Assembly (NCBI GenBank): GCA_002269645.1
Contig: NIVC01003514.1
Span: 1-64,000, forward strand
DNA from: Macrostomum lignano
Lineage: Eukaryota
DNA: 64,000 bases
Direction: 5' to 3'
The notes beneath the pieces are model-generated. The model ran no database searches and had not been told where the DNA came from. It saw nothing but the letters and a program-made list of their open reading frames with translations. Positions 23,489 through 40,792 of this stretch are shown here, one piece after another; within the stretch, counting starts at the first letter, position 1, and each line of letters begins with the position of its first letter. Made by a program: the position numbers and the translations under genes.

Positions 23489-25875
23489 CCCCAAGACTGC
23501 GGATGGCCTGCTCTGCAGGTCATGGTCTCATATCTATGGTCTGCGGCTCAATTTGCTGCTGATATGTTAAAACATTTCTAATGAGTCTTAGTTTGCGGCT
23601 GTGGCCTGCAGAGCAGGCCATGAAAAAGTCGGTTGTTTTAAGTAATTTTTTGTTCCTTTTAACAGCTGATTTTTTCTATACTATGGCGCAACAGGGATAC
23701 TAAACGAGTTATGAAGTGTGAATATATTTTCTCAACAGTCATTGGAATAGTGAATAAAAGTTCAAAAACATAGTGAAAAATTTACGAAAACAAGTAATAC
23801 GAACAAGTTTAAAATGATAAGCGAGTAATTCAACAACGACCAACAAACATCGATAACACCAAGTACGAGTAGCAGTCATAGGCATAACAGCAGGTGAGTC
23901 ACAATTTAACAAATAGTTATAATTAATTTTGATTGGCATGCCAATCTCCGAAGCAGGGCACAGCGCAAAGACCTGGATTTCCCTGGCAGTGATCGCAACA
24001 ATAGACAGTTTTCTTGACTCGGCCACTCTTGTAACACTGTCTGCAACGCTTGGCTGGCCGAGCCTGGGCACCTGTTGGCCGGAGGCGCTTCAGGAGATGC
24101 TGCTGCCTATTGGGTCCTGTGCCAGGCTGTGCTTGAATTTGCCGGCTCCGTGCAGGTCCAGTAGTCTGGATGAAGCCCTTGATGGTTAATTCCGGGAACT
24201 TCAGGAAGTCGTACGAGCCGCCACGAGACTGGTACACAACCCAACCGTTTCTGACAAGGACCAAGAAAAAGTGGGCCCCTAGCTTGGCAAACCACTTTTG
24301 TGTCCTTCTGTTTGGGCTATACGGCTGTAGGCCAGAGTCCAGCTTATCAACACCGCCCATAAAGCTATTGTACGATGTTGCTGTTAGAGGCTTGAGTTCG
24401 ACAACTTCCTGATTTCCTTGAATGGTGCGGTGAACATGTTGAATGGCGGCGGCATTTTTGGTGTCAATAAAATACACCGTCTTTGTACCAGATGCCTTTC
24501 TGACGACGTACTTCACAGCAAGTACACTGCCGCTTCGCATGAAGGCACAGCCTGGAGCGGGCACGGCCAGATCTCTCAATTCAACGGGGACACCGCGGTT
24601 TGCACGCACTGTGCAGGTCAGCAGTGTGCCGTGATGCAGCAGGTAGTTTGCTAGGCGATGCGATCCGAACCAGCTGTCGCAAACGACATGGTAGCCAAGG
24701 TCCAGTACATATCGGCATGTCTCAACCAGCACCTTCTCGCTCATCGAAAGTCCTTCACATCCCAGATCTTGACCAAACTTCTCATTCTCGGCTTTGCTCG
24801 AATGCACAAGAAAGTTGCAAACATAACCTGTTTTTGCCTCGCACAAGCAATAAATTTTAATGCCATACCGCGCTTTCTTTGCTGGAATATATTGGCGGAA
24901 CAGTACTCTTCCTCTGAACAGCACCAGTTCTTCGTCTACGCTTAGCTCCTTCTCTGGCATGTACACGTTCCGGCAGATCCGCGACACACAGTTGATGAAG
25001 GGCCTGGCCTTAGCCAGAGGATCAGCGGCGTCAAAGTTGGAGCAGTCATAGAAGCGTAGTAGACTGCTGATCTGCTGAAACCTGTCTCTTGGCAGACATG
25101 CTTGCTGCTGGAAGAATGGCGTAGAATAGAACCCGCTTTTAGACCAATAGTGGGTCACTTCCGGTTTTTTACTACTCCCATATAAAGGGACATTGCGACG
25201 AACTTTGTAATCTCATTTACAGTGACATCCTTCCAGCTGGAAAATCGCGATGGTAGCTGTTCATCCTGAAGATCTTCGAACTCGCGCCACGCTCGAGCAT
25301 TCGTCCAGTCGCACAGCTTCTGTAGCAATTCGGGTGTCAGAAACATTCGGCTGAAAGCTACTGGATCTTCGTCAGCGTTCTCGGGTTGCGGCAAATCCGG
25401 ATTGACACCTGGCATGCCAAGGAACTCCGGGTCCTGGTTCGGCTTCTGATCTTGGCCAGGGTGGCATGCATGCCAAACATTGGTTGCACCATGGGCAGCG
25501 GCCAAGCCTTCATCTACCTCTTGCATTTCCATGCCTCCTTGTTCGGTTTCGTCCTCATCATCAGTGAAAAAACTGTCGTCTCCTTCTTCAAACTCGGGAT
25601 CAGTATCAGTATCAAAATGCTCCGCTTGAGCCATAATGACGATAAGTAGTGTTAAAAAATTGAAAAGGACGTTAATAGAAACTGCTCTAGCTTAAAAACT
25701 GAGCCACAAGCTGTACAAATACAATCCAAAAGTTTCAAAGACTAAATACTCAGTAGGAGCTGCTACCGCAAACTAAAGACATGTCAGCCAAAGATTAAAA
25801 AATGTTCATGGCCTGCAGGGCAGGCCAAGCCGCAAACTGTGTCTATGGCATGAACTCATCAACGCAGTCTAGGGG
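23489..25875 (-). mobile_element. piggyBac DNA transposon (element 1), full length
   Basis: TTAA TSDs at 23485-23488 and 25876-25879; TIR CCCC[A/T]AGACTGCG; subterminal GGCCTGC-NNN-GCAGGCC palindromes at both ends; internal transposase. Confidence 0.95.
23923..25634 (-). CDS. piggyBac transposase (~570 aa after correcting a 1-nt frameshift in the T-run at 25165-25170)
   Basis: Catalytic VDE / DSWF / GGVD triad and C-terminal Cys-rich domain CRQC...CDHC...LC...CF..WH; adding one A restores VVKKPEVTHYWS. Confidence 0.9.
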
Positions 25876-26784
25876 TTAAGCTAGTCTGAGTTGAAACAAG
25901 CATTATATTTGCAACTGGATAATATAAAGCAGGCTTTAAAGTCTATCGGTTGGCTTGGGGTTGGATTGAATTGTAATAATTTACTTGATTCTAATCATGC
26001 ACTGAGTATGCTGAGCACAAAATGCGTGTACATGTGCTGCACTGTACAATAGAGGCGCACTAATTAGCCAATCAGAATCCAACGGGGTTTGACTGCGATA
26101 AATCATTAATTAACACAAAGAGCGAGAGAAACGGAGAACAACTAACTGCATAGAAGTCACGTGACGGCAAATAGGACGTACATTACAGCTTGTCAGGCCC
26201 ATTGCTAAGCTTCCAATGCATACTGCTCAAGTCAGTCGGTAGAAAGAGTTGCTAGCAAAATTACACAAAGCCATCCACTGAGTGCAAGTTCAAGCCAACA
26301 AAATTCAGAATAATTTTCAATTATGGTAGCTGAGGACAGCCACTGCGCATCTGCTACAGCAGCCACCAGGATGCCTACAGCGTCCAGCTTGCATCAGCGA
26401 AGATTACGTCAGCGGGGTGCATCGAGTCCTTTGTCGATGACTCCAGAGGGTGGCAAACCGCTGTTGACCGTCAGGAGGAAGCCGTCCACTGTGACAGCCT
26501 GGAGGGAGAGACGCAGACGGAGCGCCTCCGCAGTCCTGTTCGCCGCCGCTGCCGCCGTCTGCGGAAGTCGACCGTCGTCTGGACCGTCGGTGACATCAGG
26601 GACGGAAACTTCGGCTCCACTGCGGCAGCCATCGACAGCAATGACGTCAAGCTCTGGATCGACCGACTCGGTATCTGTGTTATTGAAAATTGATGTCCAA
26701 GGCATCAAAAAGTTGTCAGAAGAAATAGCTTAAGGTCAAGAGCAAGTGTCAGCTAGGGGCATCATTTTAGTTTCAGGAACATTA

Positions 26785-27000
26785 AATTAGTGTCATTAGT
26801 GTCACTCATTAGTGTCATTAAGTGCCACTCATTAGTGTCATTAGTGTCACCCATTAGTGTCATTAGTTTCATAAGTGTCATCAGTGTCATAGTGTCATTA
26901 GTGTCATTAGTGTCGTCACCCATTAGTGCCATTAGTGTCATTAGTGTCATTAGTGTGTTCATCAGTGTCATTAGTGTCATCAGTGTCATCAGTGTCTTAA
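26785..27000. repeat. 9-bp minisatellite (TCATTAGTG)n
   Basis: Tandem copies. Confidence 0.93.
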
Positions 27001-27041
27001 GTAATTATATGCGTGCACACCTCCACTCATTCCTGCTCCAG

Positions 27042-32662
<5,621 letters not shown>

Positions 32663-33364
32663 TGCATTCGTACGAGTAGTTTGATCTGCTGGATCAGCTG
32701 ATTGATGATATATTTTTAATCAACACCTTGGATTCGGTTAAGACCTTTCTAGTCCCATAGTTGGTGCTGGCTCCGGATTCTGTGCATTTGTTATAATCAG
32801 TGATGTTCAGCCATTTTCACTTTTATGAAAATTTGGTTCTTCAGCTACGAGCGAATCCCGCCTTGCCGTGATTTTTAACACTATTCTTATTTATTGTCAG
32901 TTATTCCACCGATTCTATGGTAGCGTAAATCTGACGTCACTTTTGTAAATATACGCGGGCAATTTGAAAGCCTAATTGCTACTTATTAAAGTGAGTAGTA
33001 TATAATTGACTTCTACAGGAAAAATAACAAAAAAATATTGAACCATTAAAAATTGTTCTAATTGACTAGATAAGGACTTTATCATATGCACTATTAGTGC
33101 AAACCTACGGTAAAGGTTAAAAACAAAGTTTTTGGGCACCGATGGCAATATGAAAAGCATTTTGTAAATACACTCGCACATGTTATTGCATGAGGTTTTG
33201 CCCTATACGAACTGATCCACTATAGAGGCAGGAACACAATCACTTGGGGATTGATTTCTGAGAAAATTTTCAATTCAATAATAATAATATTAATATTATT
33301 AATGATAATAATATAGTGAATTACAGCAGTCCTGGGACAGCTCAGCCGCAGGTATTGCGCTAAA

Positions 33365-33573
33365 GGCTGCGTACGGCTGTTCAGTCCAAAGACTGGGGGT
33401 CGCCACACACACCCTCAATTACCTAATTGTAATGCTGGCACCCATTTTACAGCTGGGTGAACTGAAGCAATGCAGAGTTAAGTGTCTTGCTTATGGACAC
33501 AAATTGGATCGAGAATCGAACCCCCGACCTTCAAGTCATGAGTTCGACGCTCTAACCACTAGGCTACAACCCC
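33365..33573 (-). mobile_element. tRNA-derived SINE copy 2
   Basis: The rc matches 47009-47225, including A/B boxes and the central domain. Confidence 0.85.
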
Positions 33574-33769
33574 TGGCTAATATTATTCAATGATAACCAA
33601 TAAAACAATCATCAATGGTCGAAAAGTGGGTATAACACTTCATTCGATTTGTGATACTCCATACTCAATAAAGAATGGATTACAAGTTATATTACTCCAC
33701 ATGTACTCAATTGGGATTGTCGGTGTAGAATACAAAGTCAATTCGTGAGGTACGCGTGGCTTTCATAGG

Positions 33770-36354
33770 TTACAGCTGGCTAGTCAGGTGGCATGACTCT
33801 TCGTCATCCAACCGATTGCCGTCAAGTTCTGCAACCGCTCTGACGCTATCCGGCACCAGCTGAAGTCTGTGCTCAGTTGCGGCTTCTGTCTGTGAGCAGG
33901 AGCGCTGCAACCTGGCAGTTGTTGAGGCTGAGGTCATTACTCGCGTGTCTGCGCAGGTATGCGATCTGCGAATACAGGAGGATTGTATGAAGTGCGCAAA
34001 ACATATTTTCGTTTGGATTATTTTAGAAGACGAAAGAAGAAAAAGTATATTTTTGTTTAAAATTACTTTTTTAATTTTCTCTCTTCCATGGGTTGCTATT
34101 AATTATTATTATACCTGACGTAGTCAGAAGTTGATGATGCTGCAAAAATAAAGAATACTTCCTAACATATTGGGTCTGCAGGCGTGAATAAAAGAGGACA
34201 TTCGGCGACGGAGAGTGACTCTAGGAGCGACACTGGGTGGTAGGGTGACAGTGGATAGTAGGGAGTGACAGTGAATGGTAGGGAGTGACAGTGGATGGTA
34301 GAGAGTGACAGTGGATAGTAGGGAGTGACAGTGGATGGTAGAGAGTGACAGTGAATGGTAGGGAGTGACAGTGGATGGTAGAGAGTGACAGTGGATAGTA
34401 GGGAGTGACAGTGGATGGTAGAGAGTGACAGTGAATGGTAGGGAGTGACAGTGGATAGTAGGGAGTGACAGTGGATGGTAGAGAGTGACAGTGGATGGTA
34501 GAGAGTGACAGTGGATGGTAGAGAGTGACAGTGGATGGTAGGGAGTGACAGTGGATGGTAGAGAGTGACAGTGGATGGTAGAGAGTGACAGTGGATGGTA
34601 GAGAGTGACAGTGGATGGTAGAGAGTGACAGTGGATGGTAGAGAGTGACAGTGGATGGTAGAGAGTGACAGTGGATGGTAGAGAGTGACAGTGGATGGTA
34701 GAGAGTGACAGTGGATGGTAGAGTGTGACAGTGAATGGTAGAGAGTGACAGTGGATGGTAGAGAGTGACAGTGGATGGTAGAGAGTGACAGTGGATGGTA
34801 GGGAGTGACAGTGAATGGTAGAGAGTGACAGTGAATGGTAGAGAGTGACAGTGGATAGTAGGGAGTGACAGTGGATGGTAGAGAGTGACAGTGGATGGTA
34901 GAGAGTGACAGTGGATAGTAGGGAGTGACAGTGGATGGTAGAGAGTGACAGTGGATAGTAGGGAGTGACAGTGGATAGTAGGGAGTGACAGTGGATGGTA
35001 GGGAGTGACAGTGGATAGTAGGGAGTGACAGTGGATGGTAGAGAGTGACAGTGGATGGTAGAGAGTGACAGTGGATAGTAGGGAGTGACAGTGGATGTTA
35101 GAGAGTGACAGTGGATGGTAGAGAGTGACAGTGGATGGTAGAGAGTGACAGTGGATAGTAGGGAGTGACAGTGGATGGTAGGGAGTGACAGTGGATGGTA
35201 GGGAGTGACAGTGGATGGTAGGGAGTGACAGTGGATGGTAGGGAGTGACAGTGGATGGTAGAGAGTGACAGTGGATGGTAGGGAGTGACAGTGGATGTTA
35301 GGGTGTGACAGTGGATGGTAGAGAGCGACAGTGGGTGGTAGGGAGTGACAGTGGATGGTAAGGAGTGACAGTGGGTGGTAGGGAGTGACAGTGGGTGGTA
35401 GAGAGTGACAGTGGATGGTAGAGAGCGACAGTGGATGGTAGGGAGTGACAGTGGATGGTAAGGAGCGACAGTGGATGGTAGGGAGTTACTTTAAGAGGAA
35501 GTTTAAAGTACCGTGAGAGAAAGGAACCAATTTAGTGCCTGTTCGGACACTGCACAGAAGACGTTGAACAACTGAGTCCTGGAAGCGGTTCTCACCTGGT
35601 CAAACCGGTACTCTTGTCACCGCTCTCTCTGTCGAACACGACATCTGCAGCGCCCGCCCCATCATCCAGAGCAGACTGTGAGCACCGCAGAGTTCCAGCC
35701 AGCAGCAGCGACGCTCGCGAGTCTCTGGCGTGCGGATTCTGCAGCACGCCGACATCGGACGGCGGTTCTTCATCCGACGACTGGCATCGACGTACGCGTC
35801 GCTCGCCGCTCGACGCATCGACGCAGATCTGCAGGCGCGGCAGGCTGCACAGAGCCAGCGGAGTGTAGCACAGTTCCGCCTCAGATCTCTGCCGCCAGCC
35901 GAAATAGCCCAGATCGATCTCTCGCTCCTCGCTCAAGAAGTCGCCCAACTCCAAATCGGAGTCGTCGGCAGCAATATCGTCGTCCTGGTCACTTTTCTGC
36001 AGCACAAAGACTGTGTTCTTCTTCTTGCAGAAGACGATGACCGCCGCTGTGAGGCTCATGCTGACAAACAGAAGGACACCGCCAATCACCAATACCCCGG
36101 CTAGGGATCTGTCGATGTGGAAGCTGGTCTCGGCCGAGTGCGAGCGAATCCCGCCTAAGCGATTCGAGCTGAACGCCGGGTGCCGTGGGTAGTACCGCTG
36201 CGGCGGCGGTGGCTGCGGAGGAGGAGGAGTTGCCGTTGTGCTCAGCATGGTGGGAAACTGCGACGAGTGTGCTGCTGCGACAGCTCTGCCCAGCAACGGT
36301 CCAGGAGTAGTCGTCGTCGTCATGGTTGTCAGAGCCTCGATGACCAGTGTTTTC
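33770..36354 (-). CDS. Uncharacterised single-pass membrane protein; exons 36354-35596 (ATG 36323; upstream acceptor suggests further 5' exons) and 33965-33770
   Basis: Thr/Pro-rich N-terminal part, TM helix LAGVLVIGGVLLFVSMSLTAAVIVF followed by CKKK, acidic tail. The phase-2 GTGAG...CAG intron joins it in frame to a stop-terminated last exon. Confidence 0.65.
34245..35490. repeat. 20-bp minisatellite (GAGTGACAGTGGATGGTAGA)n, intronic
   Basis: About 60 tandem copies. Confidence 0.98.
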
Positions 36355-36384
36355 CTGTAGGATTTAGAAATGGGTAGGTGCAGT

Positions 36385-36520
36385 ATTCTGGTAGTCTGGT
36401 AGTCTGGTAGTCTGGTACTCTGGTACTCTGGTACTCTGGTACTCTAGTACTCTGGTACTCTAGTACTCTGGTACTCTGATACTCTGGTACTCTAGTATTC
36501 TGGTACTCTGATAAGTCTGG
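36385..36520. repeat. 8-bp repeat (CTGGTACT)n
   Basis: Direct. Confidence 0.9.
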
Positions 36521-38170
36521 TACTCGTAGGGTGGTTCTTGTAGTGGCTAAATGATAACATTTGGATGCCTTCTTATTTCGTGCACATTTTTCCTTCAATA
36601 TTTCAAAGAGTTCAAAGTGTCATGACCAGCAAGAAGATTTGTTGTCAACTTCGTGAAACATTAATGTTTGACTGTTTATAGTAGAACTTCCGCTGCGCCA
36701 TATGCCTTGCCTTATACATTTAGACTGGAGACGGGGTCGCTTTGTTTAAACAGCTTGCGCGATTCCGGTTGATCCATGCCAACACATTCAAGCCACCTGC
36801 CTGTCTGCTGCTGTGATTCTTGCGCCGGCTGCGCTGTTATTTCGGCGACAGGGCCGTGTGTTTTTCACTATTCTTGCAGTCACACAGAAGGAAAGCTGCT
36901 TGTGAAGAAGGACGACCGATTCTCTCTTCCCCTCTCTCTCAATCCGACCCCCTCCTTGTCCTGTCGCCGTGACTGACAGTTGAAGAGTCAGCGCGGTGCC
37001 ATGCCGCCATGCGCTACCCATTCATCATTTCATCTTCGCTTCGGACTGGAGGCTCTGCCTGTATATGAAGGCGGCGGTTTTTTTCTGGTAGTTTATTTTC
37101 CCTTGGGAAATCTGCATTAGCAAAGTCGTCGCCGCAGTCTGCACGGGGCTCTGTCAGCTTCTTCTTCTTTTTTCTGTAGAGGAGTTCCTCAATTCCGATC
37201 CGTTTCTGCGCCAAGAAACGCCTCATAGCTGCAAGGACTAACTAGAACTCCACATTTGGGACTTGGGTCCCGAGAGTGCAGGCCACGGGGAGGGCGCGCC
37301 GGGCCATTAGACAGGGATTCAGTGGCTGGTGAGAAAATATGGCTTGGAGAAGCTTCGAATTCTGACCGAACTTTTTCTGCCCTGATCGAGGTATCGAAAA
37401 AGTTCTCCTCGGGGCGCGATTTTTTCGAGGTGGGGGCTGGGGTAGGTTTATCGGCTTCATTAATTCTCGGGGCGATATCTCCTTACACTGCGACACAGTT
37501 CTCCAGAGGTTGCCTTTCTCCATCTGTGTGTCGCACCAAACAAGGTTTTTTTGGTTGATGCTTTCTTTCAAAGCAGAATCCATGGATAAACTAAACACTG
37601 ACTAGATAAGCTCGTTACTGATACATTCCTGCAGGCTATAGGGGCTGAATGAGAGGCCCTAAAAAACTTCCATTTGCTTTCACAGACAGCTCTTTGGATA
37701 GACAGGCAAGATTGATTGGTCTTATTGAGGCGATCATCTGCGCAGGACTTCAACATTTCTTTCTATTTGTAGTTTTTGTCCCTCCATCCAAGAAGCAGAG
37801 CAAACTCAATCAGGGCCGCTGTGTTGAGAACTGTGGAGACTGATGCAAGCTGGTGCAGGAAAGCAAATCAGTGAGGACACTGAGGCTTTTTCTGCATGCG
37901 GAAATAGCTCTTTTCCCACGCCACAAATTAATTAAGTGCCGGCTTTGCATCATCGGCTCGAACAAATTCTGCACAGTTACTAAATTGGTATATTCCAATT
38001 CCAATGCGTCAACCTACTGCAGACCATATATGGAAGCGAATACAAACGGTCCATGCACAAAAAAGTTTTTAAAAATTCTTACACAAAAGTTAGTGAAAAA
38101 CTCGGTAAAAGTTCGATAATATCGACTGTTTTTTCGTTTTGAAAAGGTTCAGCAGCATTGTTAGGATTCT

Positions 38171-39690
38171 TGAACGCTAACGAGTGCGTCATTGGCAAAA
38201 GCACGAGTGCGCGAAGCGCACGAGTGCTCTTTGCCATAGACGCACGAGTTGGCGTGCATGAATCTCATTCTTATTTGATTCTTTCATTTTACATTCTGCC
38301 CAAAAAAGGTTATAATTGATATTACTATAGACATTACCCGCTGCTAGCGGGGGTGCGGGGCAGAGCCCCGCTGGGGGCGTGGGGGCGAAGCCCCCACATT
38401 TTAACCATAGACAAAATCAATCTTGCACGCTGGAGATGGTGAGGGGAGGGGGTAACGAAAGGAGATTACAATTGAAAGCTAGTTGCCACTATAAAAACAA
38501 AGCAATGGTTTGTTTCGCCATATTATGAAGTTGCGAGCGATTGACATAATAAATGATAAAGCCTTTCATGCCGCCAATCTTACCATGAAGAGCATTTGCA
38601 ACGCTTTCCTTCGATCTGGAGGAAGAGTGAAGCACTACGATGCTATTGAGAGTGACGACCTGAAGAAGCTCGGTAAATACTTCGATCGGTCGAATCCGGT
38701 GCGTCTTCAAGAGGAAGTATACTTTAACATCATTTATTACTATGGGAATAGAGGCCGTGAATGGTTGCGTGGTTTGAGGTTTGATCGGTTTTGTGAGAAG
38801 CGGCTCGCCAATGGACTCTACGCGATTGAGCTTGTTCAGGGAGATTCAAAGAATCTACATGGTTCTATCAGCGTCGCCGTCTTGGTTGACAACAAGCAAG
38901 CGTTGATGGTGTCAAAGGGAGATTCTGCCAAATGCCCAGTTGAGGCGTTCAGACTGTACAAGCAAAAGGTCACCGAAGTTGAAGGATGGAACGGAGTGGA
39001 CTTCTTTCTGCGACCAAACGCTAACTTTCGTTCATCTGGTAAGTGGTACAGCAAGAGTGCAGTAGGAGTCAACACCCTTGGGCCTCTGATGAAGAAAATT
39101 TCTACGTCCGCCGGATTGTCCAAGCCATACACTGCGCATTGTGTGCGTGCAACTGTAATCACAGAACTTCACGACGCTGGATTTAATGTCGAAACTATCG
39201 CTAAAGTGACTGGCCACAAGCGAGGTGCATCCGTCGAGCGCTACATTCGACGAGGGAATAAACGAGAGCAAGCGATCTGTGCTATGAGCCATCAACTAAC
39301 GGCTGCCGTGGAGGTGGCTACTACGGCCGACCCTCAAGTTGTAGGCACTGAGGCAAGTGACCCAGTTGACGTTATCAACGATCCTACGTCGGGCTCGGTG
39401 CGCTGTGTGCGAGTTATTCCGGAAAATCGGAAGAATTTGAAGATTCGAGCCAATGGTGACACCAACGTCATTGAATTTGTATTTGAGTAGCATCTGATCG
39501 CAAGCGAAAAAATAGTAATGATATTAACCAATTTTCACTCGTTATTTTCTTGTTGTCTAAAAATAAAGTGCAATCCTGCACGTAAGATGCATTAGACCTA
39601 AAGGATAATTTGCCATAGACAACATCAATTCTGCACGCTTGGGCGTGCCAGATCAGCAATCCTGCACGCAGAATCAAATAAGAATGATTT
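38171..39690 (+). mobile_element. Crypton-like (DUF3504-type) tyrosine-recombinase element with structured ends
   Basis: YR ORF; 18-bp perfect IR (38265-38282 / 39670-39687); 27-bp direct repeat (38405 / 39613); left-end palindrome and GC hairpins. Exact boundaries are uncertain. Confidence 0.75.
38510..39490 (+). CDS. Tyrosine recombinase (Crypton/DUF3504; family related to the KCTD1/ZMYM/QRICH1 domain)
   Basis: Catalytic set R (GNRGRE), K (DSKN), HxxR (HCVR), H (TGH), Y (VERY); CPV..F.LY and WY....VG.NTL..LMK.IS..AGL...YT.H.VRAT motifs. The listed start is TTG and the first ATG is at 38525. Confidence 0.88.
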   Translation: MFRHIMKLRAIDIINDKAFHAANLTMKSICNAFLRSGGRVKHYDAIESDDLKKLGKYFDRSNPVRLQEEVYFNIIYYYGNRGREWLRGLRFDRFCEKRLANGLYAIELVQGDSKNLHGSISVAVLVDNKQALMVSKGDSAKCPVEAFRLYKQKVTEVEGWNGVDFFLRPNANFRSSGKWYSKSAVGVNTLGPLMKKISTSAGLSKPYTAHCVRATVITELHDAGFNVETIAKVTGHKRGASVERYIRRGNKREQAICAMSHQLTAAVEVATTADPQVVGTEASDPVDVINDPTSGSVRCVRVIPENRKNLKIRANGDTNVIEFVFE

Positions 39691-40169
39691 CTCGTTCCCG
39701 TTTATAATCTTTGCTATGCACTCCACAGACAGTATGTGTTGTTGCAAGTTACAAGTCACGGATGGCGAAAATTGTCACCTATGGCCACTCTCACGACTTG
39801 AGATGCTATCGGAAGACTCATTGTACGAGTGTGTCAAATTATAGAACATGGTGTGGGACCCAAAATAAATACTCTAGGCAAGAAATCTTCACAGGAAAAA
39901 ATAAACGTTTTGAAAGTTGATTTCCTAGCCTTAATTCTAGGAAAGAAAATCGTGAATATTACGAGCGTACTTTCAAAGTTTTAATTTCGTTCTCGTTGAC
40001 ATTAAAACTTGACAGTTCAGTTGCAAAGTGTTGATTATAATTACTCCTCAAATACTCGAATCAAAACTCGAAAGCTCAGCCCTTGGTCAGTAGTCATCAC
40101 TCACCCCTTGGAGTATCAACAGTCGAAGTCTCTTTAGTTCTGCTGTGGTGGTGGTGGCTTGACGATACC

Positions 40170-40604
40170 CAGGGGTCGGCTAACTCTTCTATGCTAATGG
40201 CCAGATAGAGAACCTGCGGGCCAGAGGAGGGGAGAGAAGAGAGGGTCAGAGGGAATAGAGAAGAGATAAGACAAATAGGATAAAGGAGAGACGAAAGAAT
40301 AATGGAGAGGAGAGGAGAGGAGAGGAGAGGAGAGGAGAGGAGAGGAGAGGAGAGAAGAGGAGAGGAGAGGAGAGGAGAGGAGAGGAGAGGAGAGAGAGAG
40401 AGGAGAGGAGAGGAGAGGAGAGGAGAGGAGAGGAGAGGAGAGGAGAGGAGAGGAGAGGAGAGGAGAGGAGAGGAGAGGAGAGGAGAGGAGAGGAGAGGAG
40501 AGGAGAGGAGAGGAGAGGAGAGGAGAGGAGAGGAGAGGAGAGGAGAGGAGAGGAGAGGAAACTAGAGGAGAGGAGAGGAGAGAAGAGGAGAAGAAAAAAA
40601 GATT

Positions 40605-40659
<55 letters not shown>

Positions 40660-40792
40660 AAGAGAGAGAGGGGGGAAAAGAGAGGCCGTGTTAAGTTAAA
40701 AAAATTATAATTTATCAATGGCTACCGGTTTCAAGCCCCTGGGCTCTTCGTCTGGCTCAAGTGGCCCGCGGGCCGGAGTCTGCCAACCCCTG
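40170..40792. mobile_element. Possible hAT/Charlie-type MITE carrying (AGAGG)n and (AG)n microsatellites
   Basis: Ends CAGGGGTCGGCTAAC / CAGGGGTTGGCAGAC(rc) and subterminal GGCCCGCGGGCC; no matching TSD. Confidence 0.5.
40300..40670. repeat. (AGAGG)n and (AG)n microsatellites
   Basis: Direct. Confidence 0.98.

Noticed and set aside
36776-38119. Short ORFs upstream of the minus-strand membrane gene (e.g. 37014-37226, 37242-37598)
   Set aside because: They may include real 5' exons, but I could not establish a consistent splice path or homology
38510-39490. Bacterial or phage integrase (contamination or prophage)
   Set aside because: The motif pattern fits eukaryotic Crypton/DUF3504 recombinases, the flanks are intron-rich eukaryotic DNA, and there are no phage genes
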